Shown one piece after another: positions 54,436 to 64,000 of a DNA stretch of 64,000 bases; within the stretch, counting starts at the first letter, position 1; each line of letters begins with the position of its first letter. Origin of the DNA: Eledone cirrhosa (Eukaryota); contig OZ024747.1 of the NCBI GenBank assembly GCA_964016885.1, positions 66,154,001 through 66,218,000 of the forward strand. The letters are read 5' to 3'. The notes under the pieces were generated by a model. The model did not search any database and was not told where the DNA came from. It saw only the letters and a program-made list of their open reading frames with translations. The translations under genes were made by a program, and so were the position numbers.

Positions 54436-54680
54436 CATCATCATCATCGTTTAACGTCCATCTTCCACGCTTGCATGGGTTTGGACGGGAATTTTCCCAC
54501 TTGAGGCAAGATTGGTTGTCTTGCTCGTATAGGACTGTCTGGCGGGTTTTCTACGGCTGGATGCCCTTCCTAACACCAACCACGTTTTCAGTGTGGACTG
54601 GGAGGTTTTTACCGTGTTACCTACAAGGCCACATTACAGCGTGGACTGTGTGTTTTTTTGTCGTGACACCTACACGACCT
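54436..54680 (-). mobile_element. 3' end of a retroposon with a (GAT)n tail
   Basis: (ATC)n-gtttaacgtcc...tacggctggatgcccttcct, recalled as a common RTE-related repeat end; not verified. Confidence 0.5.
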
Positions 54681-54681
54681 C

Positions 54682-54796
<115 letters not shown>

Positions 54797-54830
54797 GGAG
54801 GGAGATGAAGAGAGAGAGAGTACGGGAGGG

Positions 54831-54912
<82 letters not shown>

Positions 54913-55251
54913 GGAGAGAGAGAAAGAGAATGAGAGAGAGATATGAAGGGATAGATAGATAGATAGATAGATAGATATTTTTGTTATTATCTGAAGATAA
55001 AATGGTGAATAGGTTGAGATTTATAGATGGCTGATTATCTAGAGTGTTGTTGTTTATGTTGCTGTTGTAAACAAAAAGACAGACACACACTCACATCTAC
55101 ACATAAATGCACACACACATATATATACATATACATATATTTTTTGCTCTCATTATCTGAATGGATGTAGCCTAAAAGTGCACTAAACTCTATAATCTGA
55201 CAAGCGATTGCAATACTCTTAGCAGAGTTTGCAGCCATCATGTATGTATGT

Positions 55252-55560
55252 ATGTAGTTAGGGAATTCGGCTCACGATCGTAAGGTCATCAGTTCGATTG
55301 CCGGTGGCGCGTTGTGTCCTTCAGCAAAACACTTTATTTTATGTTATTTCAGTCCACTCAGCTGGCAAAAATGAGTTGTACCTGTAATTCGAAGGGTTAG
55401 CCTTGTTACCTTATGTGTCACGTTGAATCTGCCTGAAAACTACGTTAAGTGTACGCATGTTTGTATAATGCTCAGTCACTTGCACATCTATTTCATGAGC
55501 AGGCTGTTCCGTTGATCGTATTACCTGGAACACCTCGTCGTCGTAACCGATGAAGTGTTA
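55252..55560 (+). mobile_element. Decayed tRNA-derived SINE, third family
   Basis: B-box-like agttcgattgcc followed by gtgtccttcagcaaaacactt. Confidence 0.55.
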
Positions 55561-55579
55561 CTATATACTATAATATGTA

Positions 55580-56560
55580 TACATTTATGCACACGACTGC
55601 GTTCCATGGGTTTTGTTGTAGATGTTCCGCAGGAGTATAGCATTGATAGACAGTTTCTGGTTGTCTTGAAATCCCCATACAAATGTCGTAGTGTTTGTGT
55701 TCGGATAAATTGTGCAAATTCGAAAACCTTCAATGTTGATGAAAGATTTCACCAAAGGTGCATATTGTCATCTCTCAGATTCATAACAGGATTAACATGC
55801 CATATTTGTTTAGAAGTAGTATCAAGATCGGTGGGCGTAGGATCAGTCAGCTGGAATTTACGAAAAATGTGGTATTACTTAACGTGTTGGAATGTAATCT
55901 CTGATACACACTAGATATGTTTGCTGCCAAATGTAAATGTAAACGGCAAAAATGTAAATCAGTGTTGCGAAGACTGAGACACTCGTAATTGCAAAGAAGG
56001 TTGCACAGTGCACTCTGCAAGTGAGTGGAGTTCCACCGAAGCAGGTGGAGAAGTTCAAGTAACTCGGGGCCGTTTTCAGGAGTGATGGAAGGCAGGAGGT
56101 TGAATTATATGCAACAGTTGCAGGAGTTAGTGTGTAATGCGCCAGCTTCGACATTCGGTAATCAGAAGAATGGAGGTAGATGTAAAAGCCTCAACATTAA
56201 ATTCGGTGGCCGTGTCAATCCTTACGTATGATCATAAATCTTGGGAAATGACTGAAAGAATTCGATCGCGAATACAAGCAGCCGAAATTGGATTCCTCCG
56301 AGGGGTCTTTGGAGTAATGTTACGCGATAGGGTGCGTAGCTCAGTGATCAGGGAGTCGCTACTTTTCCAAATCAAGTGACTACAGTACCGATACTACGGA
56401 CATGTACTTAGAATTTCTAAGGGAAAAACCGTTGGGCAGATTTTAAAGGGAAAGCCAACCGACAAGAGACTCGGAGGTAGACCAGGAGAAAGATGGTTGG
56501 ATAACATCCTTGATTTCGGTTGGACCAATCAGATAAATTGGAGGTGGTTGTTTCTGTTTG
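55580..56560 (+). pseudogene. Heavily decayed RTE LINE RT and C-terminus
   Basis: HQRCILS, KTETLV, QVEKFK*LG, ILTYDHKSWEMTERIRSRIQAAEIGFLR, KRLGGRP. Confidence 0.7.
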
Positions 56561-57328
56561 GAACATCTGGAAGGCGTGTCTGAGGACTCTGTCCACACGA
56601 TCCTTCCTGGGATAATTGGGCGAAGAAGGAGATATATATTATGTGATAGCTACAGTGAGAGAGAGAAGAGAGAGGGGGAGAGGAGAGAGAGAGAGAGAGA
56701 CGGAGAGAGAAGAAGAGAGAGAGAGAGAAAAGAAGAGAGAGAGACGGGGTTGGTACTTACTTTATCGACCATGTTATTCTGAAAAGCAAGGTTCGCCTTC
56801 TTGTATGTATTCATACATATGTACACCTACATGCACAATTGTGTGTTTGCTTCCGTACATTGACGAGGCTTACAGCGATGTCGTTCTTGCATTTATGCAA
56901 ATAAGCAGCATTTCCAACATATGATGCTACTGTATATAAACTTAAATAAATTGTCTATATATTATATTTGGAATAATGTTTAATGTCATTATAGTTCCTT
57001 TTTTATTCACATGTCTCAACAGGAAGCTAGGACTATAATTAGTTGACTGAAACTAATAATGGCGTGCTTGCATTCATGCAAACAGGCAGCCTTTTGCACA
57101 TTTAATGGTATTGTATATAAACTTACAGGATGGCATTGGTGGTGGTGGTGGTGGTGGTGGCGACGGTGGTGGTGGTGGCAATGATTATGATGATGATGAT
57201 GATGAGGAGGATGGCGACGACGATGATGATGATGGTGGTGGTAATGATGAAGATGATAATACTGATGATGGTTAATTACTATATAGGCAATTTATCAATG
57301 ACAGAAAGCAGCTGTAATATATCAGACC

Positions 57329-59420
57329 CCATATATATCATATATATATATACACCACATATATACCACATATATATCATACGTATACACCACATATATA
57401 TCCTATATATACACCACATATATAACATATATATATATAACCACATATATATCATATATATATATATACACCACATATATATCATATATATATACAAACC
57501 ACATATATATCATATATATACACACCACATATATATATGTACACCACATATATATCATATATATATATACACCACATATATATCATATATATGTACACCA
57601 CATATATATCATATTTATACACCACATATATATCATATATATATATATGCCACATATATATCATATATATACAACACAAATATATATATATACCACATAT
57701 ATATCATATATATATATACACCACAAAAAAATATATATACCACATATATATCATATATACACCACATATATATCATATATATATACACCACATATATATC
57801 ATATATATATACCACATATATATCATATATATATACCACATGTATATCATATTTATATACTCCACATGTATATCATATATATATACCACATGTATATCAT
57901 ACGTATACACCACATATATATCATATATATATACACCACATATATATCATATATATATACAAACCCCATATATATCATATATATACACACCACATATATA
58001 TATGTACACCACATATATATCATATATATATATACACCACATATATATCATATATATCATATATCATATATATCATATATCATATATATCATATTTATAC
58101 ACCACATATATATCATATATATCATATTTATACATCACATATATATCATATATATATATATATATATATGCCACATATATAACATATATATACAACACAA
58201 ATATATATATATACCACATATATATCATATATATATATATACACCACAAAAAAATATATATACCACATATATATCATATATATATACCACATATATATCA
58301 TACGTATACACCACATATATATCATATATATATACCACATATATATCATATATATATACACCACATATATATCATATATATATACCACATATATATCATA
58401 TATATATACCACATATATATCATATTTATATACTCCACATGTATATCATATATATATATATACCACATATATATCATATATATATACACCACATATATAT
58501 CATATATATATACACCACATATATATCATATATATATATATATATATATATACCACATATATATCATATATATATACCACATATATCTCATATATATATA
58601 CACCACATATATATCATATATATATACACCACATATATATCATATATATATACCACATATATATCATACGTATACACCACATATATATCATATATATATA
58701 CACCACATATATATCATATATATATATATATATATACCACATATATATCATATATATATACCACATATATCTCATATATATATACACCACATATATATCA
58801 TATATATATACACCACATATGTGTCATGTCTATACACCACATATATATCATATATATATACACCACATATATATCATATATATACACCACATATATATCA
58901 TATATATATACACCACATATATATCATATATATACACACCACTACACCACATATATATCATATATATATATATATACCACATATATATCATATATATATA
59001 CACCACATATATATCATAGATATATATATATATACCACATATATATCATAGATATATATATATATACCACATATATATCATATATATATACCACATATAT
59101 ATCATATATATATACCACATATATATCATATATATATACACCACCTATATATCATATATATATATATATACACCGCATATATATCATATATATATACACC
59201 ACATATTTATCATATATATATATACACCACATATATATCATATATATATATATACCACATATATATCATATATATATACACCACATATATATCATATATA
59301 CACCACATATATATATCATATATATATCATATATATATACACCACATATATATCATATATACACCACATATATATATCATATATATATCATATATATATA
59401 CACCACATATATATATACAC
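57329..59420. repeat. Minisatellite of about 2.1 kb, unit (ca)ccacatatatatca(ta)n
   Basis: Seen directly; higher-order blocks recur (caccacaaaaaaatatata at about 57719 and 58242). Confidence 0.95.
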
Positions 59421-59547
59421 CCCCTCACTTCACTACACCACAACATACCACATTCAATTAATTATATCATATACGACACCATACCACGTGGCACTCTACA
59501 CCACTCCACACTCCATTGGAACCTAAGGAATATAAACTACAAAAATG

Positions 59548-59612
59548 TCATCAGCATCACCATCATCATCTTTATCAGCATCACCATCATCATCATCATC
59601 ATCATTATCACC

Positions 59613-59644
<32 letters not shown>

Positions 59645-59940
59645 CAGCATCATCATCATCATCATCATCATCGTCATCTTTATGACCATCATCGCCATCA
59701 CATCGTGATTTTATCATCATCGTCATCATCATCATCATCATCATCGTCGTCGTTGTCATCTTCACCATCATCATCTTTATCAGCACCATCACCATCATCA
59801 TCATCATCATCATCTTTAAGACCATCAGCACCATCACCATCATCATCTTTATCATCATCGTCATCATCATCATCATCATCATTATCATCGTCATCATCAT
59901 CATTATCATTATCATTATCATCATCATCATCATCATCATC
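59548..59940. repeat. Imperfect (CAT)n microsatellite
   Basis: Seen directly. Confidence 0.95.
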
Positions 59941-59974
59941 GAAGCGTTCAGAAAATGTGTTTGACAGTAAGTTA

Positions 59975-60772
59975 GCTCAGACCGTAAAGGGGTGTAACTC
60001 TATGCTGCAAAGCATGGAGTTAATAATAATTGTTTCTACTTTTGGCACAAGGCCATCAATTACACAGTATATTACTGGTACTTTATTTTATCGACCTCGT
60101 AAGGATGAAAGGCAAAGTTAACCTCGGCGGGATTTGAACTCAGACCGCAGAGGGACGTAACTATGCTGGAAAGCATGGCGTCTGACCCTCTACCGATACT
60201 GCCAATCCACCGCTAACAATAATAATAGTGATTTCTACTAGAGGCACAAGGCCAGCAATTTTGAGGGCAGGAAAATCGATTAAATCGATCCAGTGCGTGA
60301 CAGGTACTTTATATTACCGACCCCGTAAGGATCAAAGGCAAAGCTAACCTCGGCGGGATTTGAACTCAAATCATGAGGGGCGTAACTCTATGCTGCAAAG
60401 CATAGAGTTAATAATAATTGTTTCTATTTTTGGCACAAAGCCAGCAAATACTCAGTACATTACTGGTACTTTATTTTATCGACTTCATAATGATAAAAGG
60501 CAAAATTAACCTCGGCAGGATTTGAACCCAGAACGTAAAGGGACATAATTCTATACTGCAAAGCATGGCGCCCGACCGTCTACTGATACTGCAAATCCAC
60601 TGATAATTGTTTCTACTTTTGGCACAAGGCCAGCAATTATCCTAGTATATTACTGGTACTTTATTTTATCGACCCCGTAAGGATGAAAGGCAAAGTTAAC
60701 CTCGGCGGGATTTGAACTCAGAACATAAAGGGCCGTAACTCTTTGTTGCAAAGCATGGCGTCCGACCCTCTG
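59975..60772 (-). mobile_element. Head-to-tail array of four tRNA-derived SINE copies plus a fragment
   Basis: aaaggcaaa..taacctcggc.ggatttgaac at about 60110, 60335, 60497 and 60687. Confidence 0.85.
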
Positions 60773-60886
60773 ATAATGATAATAGTAATGGTATGCATTT
60801 TATTACCGATTAACTGGTGCTACATGGAGAGACAGAACCGTAAACACATATATCACATATACATGTAGTGAAAGCAGATGTAAATA

Positions 60887-60946
<60 letters not shown>

Positions 60947-61164
60947 TGGGGGCTACGGGGGGGGGGTATACATATATATGTATATATATAACTATATATA
61001 TATATACATAAATATGTGTGTGTGTGTGTGTATTTGTGTAGACGTGTGTATTTGTGTACGCGTGTGTATTTGTGTACGGTGTGGTCGTGTATACATATAC
61101 ATACATATACACATGCTTGTATGCATATACATGCACATACTCATACACTCATGGACACATACAT

Positions 61165-61970
61165 ACATTGTTGGCAAAGTTCTTCAATAAATATGTTGTA
61201 ACTAATGTCTTTCTGAAATCTCAGTGTGGTTTTCGTTCTGGCAGACGAACAATGGACATCAGTTTCTCAGCTTGACAGTCGCAGAAGAACCGTTATGAGC
61301 GGAATATGAATCTTGTCCAGGTTTTCTTTACTCTAACAAAAAGCCTATGATACTGTGAATATATCATCCCCGTGGAAATTTTCCTGACTACACCATTTTG
61401 TATCGATAATTAAATCATTTCACGATGAGCTGAAAATACCAGTTGGGATATATAGAGGCTTATTATTATAGAAAATGATTTTAAACGGGATGACATCCTT
61501 GCTCCAATTATCTTTTCCGTGCATCTAGCTATTTATTTCACTCATGACATCGCTGAATACGTTCCTCGGATATATATGAGGTACCAATGTTTTGGTCATT
61601 AGTTTTCAATGTACGGCGTTTTGCTGCCAACGAGGAAGTCTTTCAATATCTCATTTAAGATCTGCCCTTATGCTGATGATTGTGTCTTACTGTTAAAGAA
61701 ATGCAAATTATCGTTGATTATATTTCTGCAACTTGTAAACCATTTGTAGCCAGCATTAGCCTGACCAAGACCATGCTTGAAACCATCTATGTAGTCGAAG
61801 GAACAGAACTAATAGTATTAATATTATCAAATAAATTTGTCTACCAAAGCAGCACGCCCAGCCGTTCTTGTTCTTTAGATAATAAAACACCTCTAATGCT
61901 CCAGAAAACAATTGACTCCTTAGGGCTCTTGAGTTTCGTGTCTGATGGTCCCAGCATGGTATCGCGAGGT
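61165..61970 (+). pseudogene. Heavily decayed RTE-like RT fragment
   Basis: SQCGFRSGRRTMDISFSA, AYDTV, DDILAPI, YADD, ISLTKT. Confidence 0.65.
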
Positions 61971-62661
61971 TAACACTAATTGAGTATCGTGCTTGTGTTA
62001 TTTACATGTAATGGTTCTTGAAGATAAAGTAAAGGAAAGAAGTGCATTAAAGGAAAAAGAGGCCAGGAATGAGTGTTAAGGTTGAAGAAATAGAAGGAAG
62101 AACATGTCTTAAACATCTCATTATTATATTATGAATATCAGTTAATCCTCAAGACTCAAAGTCGTAAAGGCTTCTGATTACAAATAGTTCGGTATTTGTT
62201 TCGGCTCAATGAGGTCTTAGTTGAAATCCCGTCGAAGTCAACATTGCCTTTTATCCTTTCGAAGTCTATAAACAAAACACCGGACCAGTGTAAGTGTTTC
62301 TTCTTCCTCCATTTCTCTTCATCATTCACACATTCCCTCTTTCCCTATCCCAAACAGGTTAACGGATGCGGGGGCGGGAGGGACATCGATCACCCTAGAC
62401 TATTGTTGTTTGTTATATATTGTAGAGTATTCAGCGGACCAGGAAGAGTAGGAAATGGATTGTTTTGAGATAACATGCCATGCTAAACTCTACATTTAAG
62501 AAATACACACAGGCATTCACACACACGCCCGCGCACACATGCACACACTCAGATATATGCACACATATATATACATACATACACAGTCACACATATATGG
62601 AAAATTCAGGAACCCGGCGGCTGAGCTTCTGCTGTTTCAACAGCGAGATCTGAACGTATAA

Positions 62662-62713
<52 letters not shown>

Positions 62714-62809
62714 TTATGTATACATATATATTCATATATACATACATCCATGCACTCACACACACATATATATATACATATATATACACACACACATATA
62801 TATATATAT

Positions 62810-62928
62810 ATAGGAACGAGTAGGACCCCGACGGCTGAGCTCAAGCCGTTTCGACGGCTAATTCTGGAGTCCAGAATTAGCCGTCGAAACGGCTTGAGCT
62901 CAGCCGTCGGGGTCCTACTCGTTCCTAT
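62810..62928. repeat. Near-perfect palindrome of about 118 bp heading a TA-flanked element (to about 63008)
   Basis: ataggaacgag...ctgga g tccag...ctcgttcctat. The element's end matches the inverse of 8945-8984. Confidence 0.9.
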
Positions 62929-63115
62929 TACCCACTCTACTACCCTAAGTATTGAGTACTTCGGTGCGTTATGGTCCACCTGGTTCCTTACCCCATTTCC
63001 TTCGTTATATATATATATATATATATATATATTACATATATATATGCATATGCATTTGTGTACAATATATATGCATATGCATATATATATGCGTATATAT
63101 ATATATTAGTGTGTA

Positions 63116-63512
<397 letters not shown>

Positions 63513-63733
63513 TATTTATTCCACTTCCCTTGGTTTCCTCTAATCTCTTATCTATTAAGTTATACAGCCACCAAAAGCAACATGTGTACACAACATGTAT
63601 ACACAACATGTATACACAACATGTATACATTATCTACTAATATTCACATAAAGCAGTAACATCTTATACATATTCAACAATTAATGGCATACTCAATATT
63701 AACAAAATATACATCGAGTATATATCTGTGCGC

Positions 63734-63811
<78 letters not shown>

Positions 63812-63813
<2 letters not shown>

Positions 63814-64000
63814 TAAAATAACAGATTAAAGTTTAAGCAAAGAATCGCTGCTTTCACCCTTAACGGGATCTTCTGAAACTAACAAAGTCAATCTGTAAAC
63901 GCAGAACTGGATATTTCAAAAAACGTTGCAACCGGAGGAAGACAGGAAGACGATATTTTGGTTCGTGGTAACGTTCGCTGGCAAAGAACGGGAAAAAACG
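63812..64000 (-). mobile_element. Further copy of the Hydra-type pseudo-LTR end
   Basis: Matches 5015-5202; starts at (TA)n. Confidence 0.9.

Noticed and set aside
57130-60121. Long His/Ile/Tyr and poly-His/Ser ORFs, plus the many YI/CV-repeat ORFs elsewhere
   Set aside because: Stop-free translations of simple repeats.

Overview
AT-rich, repeat-saturated animal DNA with no recognisable host gene. The tRNA-derived SINEs and the density of (TA)n/(CA)n suggest an octopod cephalopod, which is an inference. Decayed mobile elements include three R4/Dong-type RLE LINE copies at (TAA)n tracts, an RTE LINE inside (TA)n, a Tx1/L1-like LINE plus an ORF1-only relative, two Penelope-like elements (PLEs), SINEs, a MITE, and a Pif1-helicase pseudogene apparently fused to a ubiquitin-specific protease domain. 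The main hidden signal is that about a dozen mutually dissimilar, mostly non-coding elements next to (TA)n tracts each carry a type I hammerhead ribozyme fold. They form tandem (487, 534, 665 bp) and fold-back structures, and several have enlarged stem II domains or variant cores (CAGAAGA, UUGAAAA, CCGUCGA). This resembles a diverse community of PLE-mobilised, retrozyme-like elements. All folds were read by eye, none is tested, and boundaries are approximate to a few bases.
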